DNA of 32,000 bases, taken from Propionibacterium ruminifibrarum. Its GTDB lineage: Bacteria; Actinomycetota; Actinomycetes; Propionibacteriales; Propionibacteriaceae. Where the stretch lies: NCBI RefSeq assembly GCF_900289195.1, contig NZ_OMOH01000010.1, forward strand, positions 30,001 through 62,000, written 5' to 3'. Below are positions 6,861 to 16,044 of this stretch, one piece after another; the stretch's first letter is position 1; each line of letters opens with the position of its first letter. The position numbers and the translations under genes are program-made. The notes below the pieces were generated by a model that was not told the origin of the DNA, did not search any database, and saw only the letters and a list, made by a program, of their open reading frames with translations.

Positions 6861-7240
6861 GACAGCCCCCGCACATGGGTGAACTCGGCCCGGCGGCCGG
6901 GCGCCTTGACGATGCCGAGGGCGTCGACCCGCACCTGCGTGCCGGCAGCCAGCCACGGCCGGTGCTCTCGCAGCCAGGCACCGCAGACGGCCCGAAGATG
7001 CCTGCGCTTGGTGTGCGTGATGGCCTCGAGCGGGGACCCGTAGCCGGTACCGGTGCGGTACTTCACCTCGACGAGGACGACGGCGTCATCACCGGGATCG
7101 TGGGCCACCAGATCGACCTCGCCGGCGCTGCACCGCCAGTTCCGGTCGATGATGCGCCACCCGAGCCGCTCGAGGTACTCGGCGGCGAGGTCCTCGCCAC
7201 GGCGCCCCACCGACCTGGTGTCCAGCGATCCAGCGCTCAT
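6857..7240 (-). CDS. yraN: YraN family (UPF0102) endonuclease-like protein
   Basis: GEDLAAEYLERLGWRIIDRNWRC..GEVDLVA...VLVEVKYR matches the family pattern. ATG at 7240 has SD GGAGG 8 nt upstream. The track's GTG at 7279 is less likely. Confidence 0.85.
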   Translation of the reverse strand: MSAGSLDTRSVGRRGEDLAAEYLERLGWRIIDRNWRCSAGEVDLVAHDPGDDAVVLVEVKYRTGTGYGSPLEAITHTKRRHLRAVCGAWLREHRPWLAAGTQVRVDALGIVKAPGRRAEFTHVRGLS

Positions 7241-7335
7241 CGTCACCACCTCCGGCAGGAGTGTGATCCGTCCCCGCACCCCGTATCAGTTGTCCACAGG
7301 GAACCGCGACCGACCGGCGCGAGGATGCCACGGCC

Positions 7336-8325
7336 ATGGGGCTGGTCCTGTCCATGACGTTGCTGAGCGGCTGCAGTTCATCCGACACGTCGTCGGGCGA
7401 TGATTCGGCGAACGCCTCACCGACGCCCACGTCCACGCACATGGCGCTGCCCGAGGGCTGGTCATGGGTCGAGGGCACGGACATCCCCAGCGTCACCGCC
7501 GACCCGCAGCTTCCCACGAGCGTCACCGTCACCGACGTCTCGAAGGTGATCGTGGGTGGTGAGGACATCGCCGACATCATGGCGGCCATGGGCCTCGCGG
7601 ACGATGTCTACGCCGCACCGACGAACAGCGTCGCCGAGGCGGCGACCAGCGCACCGGTCCAGTACGAGTACAGCCAGAAGACCGGCACGGAGGGCCTGCT
7701 GTCCGTCGACGGTTCGCTCTTCATCGGCAACCAGCTGCAGCGCCACTCCGGTGTCGCCGGGCAGTTCCGGGACGCCGGCGTCCCAGCGGTCGTCGTGGAC
7801 AACAAGTTGTCGGTGCCGGACAAGATCCGGGCCGTCGGCAGCTACATCGGGGACGCCGAGGCCGGTGAGCAGCTCGCCGACGCCGTCCAGACCCAGCTCG
7901 ACGAGGCGAATGCCTCGGCGGCCGACTCGTCCGCGCAGGGCCTTCGCGTGCTCGTCGTCACGGCCACCGGGGCCGGCGGGCAGAACTCCGTGGTCGGCAG
8001 CGGCACGGCGGCGGCGGACATCGTCTCCGCGGTGGGCGCGATCGACGTGGGTGTCGAGATGGGGCTGACCGGGTACTCGGTGGAGTACAGCGATGAGGGA
8101 CTGCTCCAGGCGGCGCCGGACGTCATCGTCATGGGTGACGGTGACCTCGAGGCCTGGGGCGGCATCGAAGGATTCGAGGCGGCGTTCCCGACACTGGCCA
8201 CCACGCCCGCGGGCCAGTCCAACCGCTACATCGTGATGCCCAGCGAGCAGATCAAGGTGAGCGGCGCGGGCACGGGAGCCGGGGCGCAGGCGCTCGCCGA
8301 GGCATTGGCCGCCATCGAGAAGTGA
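7336..8325 (+). CDS. ABC transporter substrate-binding lipoprotein (iron-siderophore/hemin periplasmic-binding family)
   Basis: Lipobox LLSGC at residues 9-13 followed by a Ser/Asp-rich linker. The layout resembles a class III binding protein. It sits first in an operon with a FecCD permease and an ATPase. Confidence 0.8.
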   Translation: MGLVLSMTLLSGCSSSDTSSGDDSANASPTPTSTHMALPEGWSWVEGTDIPSVTADPQLPTSVTVTDVSKVIVGGEDIADIMAAMGLADDVYAAPTNSVAEAATSAPVQYEYSQKTGTEGLLSVDGSLFIGNQLQRHSGVAGQFRDAGVPAVVVDNKLSVPDKIRAVGSYIGDAEAGEQLADAVQTQLDEANASAADSSAQGLRVLVVTATGAGGQNSVVGSGTAAADIVSAVGAIDVGVEMGLTGYSVEYSDEGLLQAAPDVIVMGDGDLEAWGGIEGFEAAFPTLATTPAGQSNRYIVMPSEQIKVSGAGTGAGAQALAEALAAIEK

Positions 8326-9392
8326 ACGAGCCCGCGCCGCCCCGGGGCGGGGTCCACGAAGTGCATCGTCTCTCCCTCGCCCTGGGGCTGCCGGTCGGCA
8401 TCGCGGTACTCGTCATCGCGGTCGTGGCGTCCATCGGCACGGGCCCGATCTCCTTGCCACCGGCAACGGTCCTCGGGGTTCTTCGCCACGAACTGCTGCA
8501 CAGCGGACCGCCGCTGCCCCAACTGGAGACCTCCGTGGTGATGGACCTGAGGATGCCCCGGGTGCTGTTCGGGGTGCTCACCGGCGCGGCACTGGCCGTC
8601 TCCGGAGCCGCGCTGCAGAGTCTCTTCCGGAACCCTCTGACCGATCCCGGGATCATCGGCGTGAGCAGCGGCGCCTCGGCGGGCGCGGTCGGAGCCATCG
8701 TGGTGCTTCCACCGCTCTCGGTGGGGGTGACCGCATGGGTGGTCCCGATCTGTGCCTTCGCCGGGGGCATCGTGGCCACGACACTCATCTACGCCCTGGC
8801 CAGACCCGCCACGCATCCGGGTACTGCCCGGCTGCTGCTGGTGGGGATCGCGATGGGTTCTGCGTTCAGCGCTCTCACCGGGTTCTTCACGTTCGTCGCC
8901 GACGATGACGAACTGCACTCTGTCGTCTTCTGGCAGATGGGGTCGTTGGGCAGCATCGACATGCTGCGTCTGGGTGTTGCCGCGCCGATGGTCCTGCTCG
9001 GGCTCGTCGCGATGTTCTGCACCGCCCCATCGCTCGACCTCATGACTCTTGGTGAACGGCAGGCCCATCACCTCGGGGTCGATGTGAACCGGACCCGCAT
9101 CGTCATCGTGACGACGACCGCCCTCCTCACCGGCACCTGCGTCGCCTTCGCGGGATCCATCGGTTTCATCGGCCTGGTCGTCCCACACATCGCACGTCTG
9201 CTGTGCGGGCCGGGCCACCGAGCCCTCATCCCCATGTCGGCCGTGCTCGGAGCCATCCTCATCGTCGTGGCCGACACGCTCTCACGAACGATCGCGCCCC
9301 CGTCCGAGATCCCCATCGGGCTGTTCACCGCGGCGATGGGCGCGCCCTTCTTCCTGCTGCTCATTCTTCGTTCTCCGGAGGTGCGCGTATGA
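8322..9392 (+). CDS. FecCD-family iron/heme ABC transporter permease
   Basis: 356 aa polytopic protein with FecCD hallmarks (LTDPGIIGVSSGAS, conserved C-terminal IPIGLFTAAMGAPFFLLLIL). Its GTG start overlaps the upstream stop (GTGA). Confidence 0.9.
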   Translation: MNEPAPPRGGVHEVHRLSLALGLPVGIAVLVIAVVASIGTGPISLPPATVLGVLRHELLHSGPPLPQLETSVVMDLRMPRVLFGVLTGAALAVSGAALQSLFRNPLTDPGIIGVSSGASAGAVGAIVVLPPLSVGVTAWVVPICAFAGGIVATTLIYALARPATHPGTARLLLVGIAMGSAFSALTGFFTFVADDDELHSVVFWQMGSLGSIDMLRLGVAAPMVLLGLVAMFCTAPSLDLMTLGERQAHHLGVDVNRTRIVIVTTTALLTGTCVAFAGSIGFIGLVVPHIARLLCGPGHRALIPMSAVLGAILIVVADTLSRTIAPPSEIPIGLFTAAMGAPFFLLLILRSPEVRV

Positions 9393-10213
9393 GCCGAGGC
9401 GGAGTCCGGCGTGCGCGACGTCGGCCCGGGGGAACCGGCGCCGGCCCACTAGGGGCTGAGCCGTGGGTGCGGGTCGAAACCCTGAGCTACCGGATCGGGG
9501 AGAGTCAACTCCTCAACCACGTATCGTTCACCGCCGGCAGCGGGGAACTCCTCGCCCTGGTGGGACCGAATGGGGCCGGGAAATCCACCATGCTCGCGCT
9601 CCAGTCCGGGGACCTGCACCCCACCGAGGGACGCATCACCCTGTTCGGCGCCGAACCGCAGGACTGGCGGCCGCTCCACCTGGCGCGCCTGCGCTCGGTC
9701 ATGACCCAGCACAACAGCCAGGCGTTCTCCTTCACGGTGGAGGAGATGGTCCGTATGGGGCGGGCCCCCTACCCGGCCTCCGACGATGATCCGCGGATCA
9801 TCCGTGCCGCGCTGGAGGCCGGGGAGATCACGCACCTGTCCGCGCGCGACATCACCACCCTGTCGGGCGGGGAGATCGCCCGCACCGTGTTCGCCCGCGT
9901 CGTGGCCCAGGACGCCAGGATCGTTCTTCTCGACGAGCCAACGGCCCCGCTGGACCTCAAGCACCAGGAGAAACTACTCGCCCACGCACGGTCCATGACA
10001 GACGCGGGCGCATGCGTGATCGTCGTCCTCCACGACCTGTCGCTGGCCGCCCGGCACTGCGATTCCATCGCCATCTTCAACCGCGGCGAGCTGGAGGCCA
10101 TGGGACCTCCTCATGAGGTCCTCATGGCCGAGCGGATCGCACGCGTCTACGGTCAGGAGGTTGAGATCATCCCGCATCCCAGGAGCGGACGCCCCCTGGT
10201 CGTCCCGGTATGA
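9389..10213 (+). CDS. ABC transporter ATP-binding protein (iron/heme importer type)
   Basis: Walker A GPNGAGKST, signature LSGGE, Walker B VLLDEPT, H-loop LHD. ATG 9389 overlaps the permease stop (ATGA). An alternative GTG at 9467 would remove an Arg-rich 26-aa N-terminus. The track start 9203 lies inside the permease gene. Confidence 0.9.
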   Translation: MSRGGVRRARRRPGGTGAGPLGAEPWVRVETLSYRIGESQLLNHVSFTAGSGELLALVGPNGAGKSTMLALQSGDLHPTEGRITLFGAEPQDWRPLHLARLRSVMTQHNSQAFSFTVEEMVRMGRAPYPASDDDPRIIRAALEAGEITHLSARDITTLSGGEIARTVFARVVAQDARIVLLDEPTAPLDLKHQEKLLAHARSMTDAGACVIVVLHDLSLAARHCDSIAIFNRGELEAMGPPHEVLMAERIARVYGQEVEIIPHPRSGRPLVVPV

Positions 10214-10253
10214 CCGGCCGTGGCCCCGCTGGTTCGCCCGCCCCGCCCTCCCC

Positions 10254-11528
10254 ATGAATGCACGAGTCGGAACGGAGACGATCGAGATGCCGCCGCACAC
10301 CTCGCCACCCGGCACGGCCGGGGGCCCTGCTCCTTCCCGCGTCCGGGCATGGCTGAGCGCCTCCGGCTCCCGCACCGGCGGGAGCCCGTGGCACGACGTC
10401 CGGGCCGCGGGAACACCACTCGTCACCGCGGCGCCGCATCACCCGGATCTGCGGTCGGTCACCTTCGTGTGGCGGTCCGGGGCCAAACTGGATGGCGTCC
10501 ACCTTCAGCTGAACCGCGTGACGGACAAGAGCGACGCCCGCAAGGGGCTCATGACGCGGGTCGGCGAGGACGCGTGGGCCCTCACCCTGCTCCTGCCCGC
10601 CACGTACCGCGGGTCCTACACGTTCTCGGAGATCCCCCGGGGAATGCTCGCCGAGTGTCTCCCCCGGCTCGGGACGCGATGGTCAGGTCTGGAGAACCAT
10701 CCCGACCCGTTCAACACGGCACCACGGCTGCACGGCAGGGGAACCCGCGAGGCCTCCGTCCTGGCCCTCGACCAGGCCCCGGCGCAGGACGAATGGGCCG
10801 GCAGCGTCGCTCGCCCGGCAGGACATCTCTTCTGCGACAGCCTCGTCGTCGCCGGGCGGGAACGCCGGGTTCGTCTCTACCTGCCCCCGGTCGACAGATC
10901 GAGGCCGCTCGGCCTGCTCGTCGTCACCGACGCCGAGGTCTGGCTGGACCGCATGGGGCTGCTGGGCGCCATCGACAGCGCGACCGAGTCTGGACGGATC
11001 CGGCCATTCGCCGTCCTGGGCATCGACAATCTCGACATCCCCGACCGCATCGCGATCCTGGGTGGGCGCAGTCGCCTTGTCGAGGAGACGGCGCGCCGCC
11101 TCATACCCCAGGTGCGCGGCGATCATCCGGGGCCGGCGTGGGCCGGGCGGGAACGTACCGTGATGGCGGGCCAGAGGCTCGGTGGGGTCACGGCCCTCAT
11201 GGCGGCGATCACGGCCCCGGACGTGTTCGGCGCGGTCCTCGCGCATTCGCCCTCCATGTGGTGGACGCCCGATGCCAGGCGCCGGCCGGCCGACCTGACC
11301 GAGCACGGCGCCTCGTGGGTGACCCGACGTGTCCTGGCCGACCCGCCCGCGGACGTCCGGGTGCGGCTGGGCGTCGGATCGCTGGAGGGGCCGATGGTGT
11401 CCCACGTACGGCGGCTGCACGACGGTCTCGTCTCGGCCGGTGTCGACAGCGAACTGACGACCTACACCGGCGGGCACGACCTCGCGTGGTGGCGCGGCGC
11501 GCTCATCGACGGCCTCGCGGCGCTGTGA
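10254..11528 (+). CDS. Enterochelin/siderophore esterase-like alpha/beta hydrolase
   Basis: N-terminal esterase-type domain (PWHDV...TPLVT...VTFVWRS) followed by an esterase fold (LGIDN..., GQRLGG in the nucleophile-elbow position, C-terminal GGHD). Start placed at the first ATG after the upstream stop; the exact start is uncertain. Confidence 0.7.
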   Translation: MNARVGTETIEMPPHTSPPGTAGGPAPSRVRAWLSASGSRTGGSPWHDVRAAGTPLVTAAPHHPDLRSVTFVWRSGAKLDGVHLQLNRVTDKSDARKGLMTRVGEDAWALTLLLPATYRGSYTFSEIPRGMLAECLPRLGTRWSGLENHPDPFNTAPRLHGRGTREASVLALDQAPAQDEWAGSVARPAGHLFCDSLVVAGRERRVRLYLPPVDRSRPLGLLVVTDAEVWLDRMGLLGAIDSATESGRIRPFAVLGIDNLDIPDRIAILGGRSRLVEETARRLIPQVRGDHPGPAWAGRERTVMAGQRLGGVTALMAAITAPDVFGAVLAHSPSMWWTPDARRRPADLTEHGASWVTRRVLADPPADVRVRLGVGSLEGPMVSHVRRLHDGLVSAGVDSELTTYTGGHDLAWWRGALIDGLAAL

Positions 11529-11534
11529 ACCACG

Positions 11535-11550
11535 GCCCGGCCGACCGGGC
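11535..11550. terminator. Short hairpin in the 22-nt gap between convergent esterase and DUF2469 genes
   Basis: GCCCGG-CCGA-CCGGGC (6-bp stem, tetraloop). Confidence 0.3.
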
Positions 11551-11865
11551 TCACTTGGAGTCGGGGACCTCCAGGTCCGTGTGCTGGATCTCCTCGATGG
11601 AGACGTCGCGGAAGGTCAGGACCTTGGCGGATTTCACGAACCGGCTGGGACGGTACATGTCCCACACCCAGGCGTCGGCCAGGGACACCTCGTAGTAGAC
11701 GTCACCGCCCTCGGTGCGCACCTTGAGATCGACGGCGTTGCACAGGTAGAAGCGCCGCTCGGTCTCGACGGCGTAGGTGAATATGTTCACCACGTCCTTG
11801 TACTCGCGGTACAGATCGAGTTCGAGCTTGCTCTCGTAGGCATCAAGATCATCGGCGCTGCTCAT
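11551..11865 (-). CDS. DUF2469 family protein (conserved actinobacterial, downstream of rnhB)
   Basis: 104 aa. YESKLELDLYREYKDVV...RFYLCN matches my memory of this conserved family. Its ATG overlaps the rnhB stop (ATGA). Confidence 0.8.
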   Translation of the reverse strand: MSSADDLDAYESKLELDLYREYKDVVNIFTYAVETERRFYLCNAVDLKVRTEGGDVYYEVSLADAWVWDMYRPSRFVKSAKVLTFRDVSIEEIQHTDLEVPDSK

Positions 11866-12491
11866 GATTGAACCAGCCTAGTCGCTGCCCGGACATTCGC
11901 GTAGCTGAGCCGGTGGATGGCGCATGGCCCGAGCCGCTCCAGTCGTTCGCGGTGCGCCGCGGTGGCATAGCCCTTGTGCCCGGCGAACCCGTAGCCCGGG
12001 TACTGCTCGTCATAGTCGGCCATGATGCGGTCCCTGGTGACCTTGGCGACGATCGAGGCGGCCATGATGCAGGCGCACACCTGATCGCCCTTCCACAGCC
12101 CCAGCCCCGGGACCGGCAGACCGGGAACCGGGAAGCCATCGGTGAGGGCGAAGCGGGGCGCGGGATCCAGGCGCAGCAGGGCACGGCGCAGTCCCTGGAG
12201 GTCGGCCTCTGCCATCCCGAGGCGGTCGCACTCGCCGGGTTCGACCCGCACGCACGACCAGGCCAGGGCCTTGGTCGTGATCTCGGTGTACAGACGCTCG
12301 CGGGCCATGGCGGTGAGTCTCTTGGAGTCGTCCAGGCCCTCGATGCGGCCCTCGGGAACATCGTCGAGGATGACGGCGGCGGCGACCAGCGGCCCTGCGC
12401 AGGCGCCGCGGCCCGCCTCATCGGCTCCGGCGACCGGGCCCAGCCCCGCCTCGGCCAGAGCGCGCTCGTAGCCGTAGCGGCGACCGGTCAC
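11862..12491 (-). CDS. rnhB: Ribonuclease HII
   Basis: DEAGRGACAGPLVAAAV catalytic motif and DSKRLT. Start set at GTG 12491, which overlaps the lepB stop (GTGA), giving 209 aa. The track ORF runs to 12689 inside lepB. Confidence 0.9.
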   Translation of the reverse strand: MTGRRYGYERALAEAGLGPVAGADEAGRGACAGPLVAAAVILDDVPEGRIEGLDDSKRLTAMARERLYTEITTKALAWSCVRVEPGECDRLGMAEADLQGLRRALLRLDPAPRFALTDGFPVPGLPVPGLGLWKGDQVCACIMAASIVAKVTRDRIMADYDEQYPGYGFAGHKGYATAAHRERLERLGPCAIHRLSYANVRAATRLVQS

Positions 12492-13294
12492 GATGAGGTG
12501 CAGGGGCTGAGGGTGATGATCGGGTCCTCGGGCGCGGGATCGGCGTCCGGGACGGACTCGAAGGTCTCCGGGGTGTGCAGCCTGGTCGTCCGCGAGAACG
12601 GCAACGCGATGGCCACGACCGGCCCCGTCACGTCCGCCACCGGCACGAAGGCCGCGGAGCCCTCGGCCCCGCCATCGGTGGCATCGCACAGGTGGTAGCG
12701 CGAGTCGCGGGAGTCGTTGCGGTGGTCGCCCATGACGAAGATGTGGTCGGCCGGCACGACGACGTCGAAGGGGATGTCGCTCGGCGAGGACATCACCCCA
12801 TTGGTCTGGTAGAGGTACGAGGTCTCGTCGAGAGCGGTGCCGTTCACCTCCACCTGGCCGTTCTGGTTGCAGCAGGTGACGTGGTCGCCGGGCATGCCGA
12901 TGACCCGTTTGACCAGGTGATCGGCGGAGGAGGCCGGCATGACCCCGAGGAACTCGAAGACCTTGCGGGCCGGGCTCGTGGTGACCGTGCTGCCGGCGAG
13001 CCAGTCTCCGGGGTCCCTGAAGACGACGACGTCGCCGCGCTGGAAGTCCACTGGTTTGACGACCACCGCCCGGTCGCCGATGTCGAGAGTGTGCTCCATC
13101 GACGAGGAGGGGATGACGAACAGCTGCACGAGGAAGGTGCGCAGCAGCGCGGACAGAATCAGCGCAATGACGACGATGAGCCCGAACTCACCGAGGAAAC
13201 CCAGGAAACCAGACCTGCCGGAACGGGTGTTCTTGTCGGCGGAGGCGTCCGGCGAGTCCGCGGTGTCACCCAAGCCCTTGCCCTGCGTTCTCAC
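12488..13294 (-). CDS. lepB: Signal peptidase I
   Basis: TM segment followed by [10 protein letters not shown] (catalytic Ser), [10 protein letters not shown] (catalytic Lys) and [11 protein letters not shown]. Start set at GTG 13294, overlapping the rplS stop (GTGA). The track ORF to 13753 overlaps rplS out of frame. Confidence 0.9.
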   Translation of the reverse strand: MRTQGKGLGDTADSPDASADKNTRSGRSGFLGFLGEFGLIVVIALILSALLRTFLVQLFVIPSSSMEHTLDIGDRAVVVKPVDFQRGDVVVFRDPGDWLAGSTVTTSPARKVFEFLGVMPASSADHLVKRVIGMPGDHVTCCNQNGQVEVNGTALDETSYLYQTNGVMSSPSDIPFDVVVPADHIFVMGDHRNDSRDSRYHLCDATDGGAEGSAAFVPVADVTGPVVAIALPFSRTTRLHTPETFESVPDADPAPEDPIITLSPCTSS

Positions 13295-13647
13295 GCGTTG
13301 TCGCGCTTTTCCTTGATCTTGGCGGCCTTGCCGTGCAGGCCGCGCAGGTAGTACAGCTTGGCGCGCCGCACGTCGCCGCGACGCTCGACCTCGATGTGAT
13401 CGATGATCGGGCTGTGCAGCGGGAAGGTGCGTTCGACGCCGCACCCGTAGGAGACCTTGCGCACCGTGAAGGACTCCTGAACGCCGGCCCCCGTGCGGGA
13501 GATGACGACACCGGCGAACACCTGGACGCGGGACTTGTTGCCCTCGACGACCTTGACGTGGACGCGGAGCGAATCGCCCACCCTGAACTCGGGGATGTCC
13601 TCGCGCAACGACGCCTGGTCGATGCTGCTGATGAGACTGTTGGTCAT
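13291..13647 (-). CDS. rplS: 50S ribosomal protein L19
   Basis: 118 aa from [36 protein letters not shown]..., classic L19. The track ORF has a spurious N-terminal extension to 14013. Confidence 0.95.
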   Translation of the reverse strand: MTNSLISSIDQASLREDIPEFRVGDSLRVHVKVVEGNKSRVQVFAGVVISRTGAGVQESFTVRKVSYGCGVERTFPLHSPIIDHIEVERRGDVRRAKLYYLRGLHGKAAKIKEKRDNA

Positions 13648-13756
13648 GCTCTCGTCCTCGCCGGCGCCACAGGTCGCCTCGCCATGAAAACCGATAGGGC
13701 ACCTGGACCGGGCGATCCCCCCGTGGCAGGAGCCGGGCCAGACGCAACAGCACACA

Positions 13757-13785
13757 ATTGTGTCACATGCACGGCCCATCAACAA
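13757..13785 (-). promoter_or_regulatory. Candidate rplS-lepB-rnhB promoter
   Basis: On the minus strand: -35 TTGTTG (13780-13785), 17-nt spacer, -10 CACAAT (13757-13762). It overlaps the perfect 12-bp palindrome ACACAATTGTGT (13752-13763). Confidence 0.3.
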
Positions 13786-13825
13786 AGACGCGGCCCATGG
13801 CCGTTGTCCGGCTCGGGGCGGCGGG

Positions 13826-14584
13826 TCAGTCGCCTCCGGCGGGTTCGTCGAGCAGGTCGGGGCGCCGCTCGCGGGTGAGTTCCGCCGACCGCTCGGCACG
13901 CCACGCCGCGACCCTGCCGTGGTCGCCGGACAGCAGGACCGGTGGCACGTCGAGCCCCCGCCAGCTGGCCGGTTTCGTGTAGACGGGGTACTCCAGCAGG
14001 CCTCCGCCGGCACTCGCGTAGGACTCCTCGCGCAGCGAGTCGGGGTTGCCGATGACGCCCGGGACGAGGCGGGCTATGGCCTCGATCATGGCGAGTGCCG
14101 CGACCTCGCCGCCATTGAGTACGTAGTCGCCCAGGCTGAGTTCGCGGACATCGAAGTGTTCGCCGGCCCAGTCGAGGACGCGGCGGTCGATTCCCTCGTA
14201 GCGGCCGCAGGCGAAGGCGAGCGTGGGACAGGTGGCGAGTTCGTCGGCGAGGCCCTGCGTGAACGGCAGCCCCGACGGGGTGGTGAAGATCAGGACCGGC
14301 CGGTCCGAACGCGGGCCGTAGCCGTCCAGCAGCGCGTCGAGGGCCTCGCCCCAGGGCTCGGGTTTCATGACCATGCCCGCTCCCCCGCCGTACGGGGTGT
14401 CGTCGACGGTGCGGTGGCGGTCGTGCGTGTAGTCGCGCAGGTCGTGGGTGCGCAGGTCGAGCAGGCCCCTCTCGATGGCCCGGCCGATGAGGCTCAGGCG
14501 GAGGGGCGCGAAGTACTCGGGGAAGATCGTGATGGCGTCGATGCGCATGACCGGCCGCGGGCCCTGGCCGGGGGCGGTCGTCAT
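13826..14584 (-). CDS. trmD: tRNA (guanine37-N1)-methyltransferase
   Basis: [13 protein letters not shown]... and the downstream TrmD core. ATG 14584 overlaps the rimM stop (ATGA) and has GGAG upstream. An internal ATG at 14548 (MRIDAI) is the alternative start. Confidence 0.9.
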   Translation of the reverse strand: MTTAPGQGPRPVMRIDAITIFPEYFAPLRLSLIGRAIERGLLDLRTHDLRDYTHDRHRTVDDTPYGGGAGMVMKPEPWGEALDALLDGYGPRSDRPVLIFTTPSGLPFTQGLADELATCPTLAFACGRYEGIDRRVLDWAGEHFDVRELSLGDYVLNGGEVAALAMIEAIARLVPGVIGNPDSLREESYASAGGGLLEYPVYTKPASWRGLDVPPVLLSGDHGRVAAWRAERSAELTRERRPDLLDEPAGGD

Positions 14585-15132
14585 TGGTGGTTCTCCGCCT
14601 CGACGGCGGCGTCGTCGACCAGACCCGGCACCTCGGCCAGCCGGAGCCTCCCGGCCTCGAGGTCGATCTCGGGCACGAGTTCGGCGACGAAGGGGACCAG
14701 CCGCTCACCGCCGGCGGTGCGCACGGCCAGCAGGTCCTGCGCCGGCAGGTGGAGGACCTCCGTGACCTCGCCGAGAGGTTCGCCGTCGGCGCCGATGACG
14801 CTCAGGCCCACCAGCTGGCGGTCGTAGTACTCGTCCTCGCCGACCGGCCGTTCGGTGGCGGGCACGTCGGTGACGAGTTCGGCGCCGCGCAGTTCCTCGG
14901 CGGCATTGCGGTCGGGCACCTCGTCGAAGGTCACGACGAACCTGTCGCCGATCCACCGCGTGGTCCGCACCGTGAGCAGGCGTCCGTCGTCGGGCACACG
15001 ACAGGACGAGCCCGGCGCCAGCCGGCGCTCGGGCTCGTCGGTGTGCAGGCGCAGGACGAGTTCGCCGCGCACACCGCGGGGCTTGCCCACGGTGGCGACG
15101 GTGATCTCGACGGTCGCCGCGGGATCGGTCAT
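14581..15132 (-). CDS. rimM: Ribosome maturation factor RimM
   Basis: [14 protein letters not shown]-terminal motif and a PRC-barrel C-terminus. Sits in conserved rpsP-KH-rimM-trmD order. Confidence 0.9.
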   Translation of the reverse strand: MTDPAATVEITVATVGKPRGVRGELVLRLHTDEPERRLAPGSSCRVPDDGRLLTVRTTRWIGDRFVVTFDEVPDRNAAEELRGAELVTDVPATERPVGEDEYYDRQLVGLSVIGADGEPLGEVTEVLHLPAQDLLAVRTAGGERLVPFVAELVPEIDLEAGRLRLAEVPGLVDDAAVEAENHQ

Positions 15133-15386
15133 CAGTGGCGACGGAAGCCGCGTCGATCGACGTCGACGAAGTCGATGCGCACCTGCTCGGGCCCGGACAG
15201 GGCGGACATGACGGTGCGCAGCGCCGTCGCGGTGCGGCCCTGACGGCCGATCACCTTGCCGATGTCCTCGGGATTGACACGAACCTCGAGCATGCGGCCG
15301 CGCCGGAGTGTCCTGTCACGGACGTCCACGTCGTCGGGATGCGCGACGATCCCCTGAACCAGGTGCTCCAGTGCGTCGGCGAGCAC
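15132..15386 (-). CDS. KH-domain RNA-binding protein (YlqC/UPF0109-like)
   Basis: 84 aa with the VIGRQGRTATALRTV KH GXXG motif. GTG start lies 2 nt after the rpsP stop. Confidence 0.85.
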   Translation of the reverse strand: MLADALEHLVQGIVAHPDDVDVRDRTLRRGRMLEVRVNPEDIGKVIGRQGRTATALRTVMSALSGPEQVRIDFVDVDRRGFRRH

Positions 15387-15388
15387 GA

Positions 15389-15835
15389 TCAGGCCTCGGC
15401 TTCGGCGTCGGTCGCCTCGTCGGCGGAGTCCGCAGCCGGCTCGTCGGCGCTCTTGGTCTTCTTGGCGGTGACCGCGCTGGCGACGGGTTCACCATCGGCC
15501 TCGGCGAGGGCGGCGTTGAACAGTTCGAGCTTGTCGGCCTTGGAGGGCTTCTCGTCGACGCCGGACGGGATCGAGGTGTCGCCGGTGAACTTCTGCCAGT
15601 CGCCGGTGTGCTTGAGCAGGGCGAGAACGGCCTCAGTGGGCTGGGCGCCCACGGACAGCCAGTACTGGGCGCGCTCGGAGTCGATGATGATGACCGACGG
15701 GTCGTCCTTCGGATGGTACTGGCCGATCTCCTCGATGGAGCGGCCGTCGCGCTTCTTGCGCGAGTCCATGACGACGACGCGATAGTGCGGTTCGCGGATC
15801 TTGCCGAGTCTCTTCAGACGAATCTTGGTGGCCAC
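15389..15835 (-). CDS. rpsP: 30S ribosomal protein S16 (with the long acidic/Ala-rich C-terminal extension typical of actinobacteria)
   Basis: [32 protein letters not shown]... GTG start at 15835 with SD GGAGAA upstream. The track ORF extends spuriously to 16048. Confidence 0.95.
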   Translation of the reverse strand: MATKIRLKRLGKIREPHYRVVVMDSRKKRDGRSIEEIGQYHPKDDPSVIIIDSERAQYWLSVGAQPTEAVLALLKHTGDWQKFTGDTSIPSGVDEKPSKADKLELFNAALAEADGEPVASAVTAKKTKSADEPAADSADEATDAEAEA

Positions 15836-15981
15836 GGTGTGTGGTTTCTCCTGTACGAATACCCAGGACGTGCCTGGGACAGACGGATGAGCGCACCTCG
15901 CACGCGTGGGGACACGACGATGCCGCTCGGTGGGATCTTCGAAGCGGCGTGAGAGGGCACCGCGACGCAGACGCACCCTCC

Positions 15982-16010
15982 ATTGTGCCAGATCGGCCGG
16001 CGGCGGTGAA
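15982..16010 (-). promoter_or_regulatory. Candidate rpsP operon promoter
   Basis: On the minus strand: -35 TTCACC (16005-16010), 17-nt spacer, TGn-extended -10 TGGCACAAT (-10 at 15982-15987). Implies a leader of about 140 nt. Confidence 0.3.
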
Positions 16011-16044
16011 AACGTGCGCTGTCCGTGACCGCCCCGGGCCGAGG

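Noticed and set aside
7290-7298. Perfect actinobacterial DnaA-box consensus TTGTCCACA in the yraN / binding-protein intergenic region
   Set aside because: It is a single isolated copy with no cluster and no AT-rich unwinding element nearby. A given 9-mer is expected by chance about 0.2 times in 32 kb on both strands, and the surrounding gene context is not an origin region.
13751-13767. CRP-like site near rplS (TGTGACACAATTGTGTG on the minus strand)
   Set aside because: The right half is TGTGT, not TCACA, so it is not a TGTGA-N6-TCACA site. The palindrome ACACAATTGTGT is noted only as part of the promoter/leader finding.
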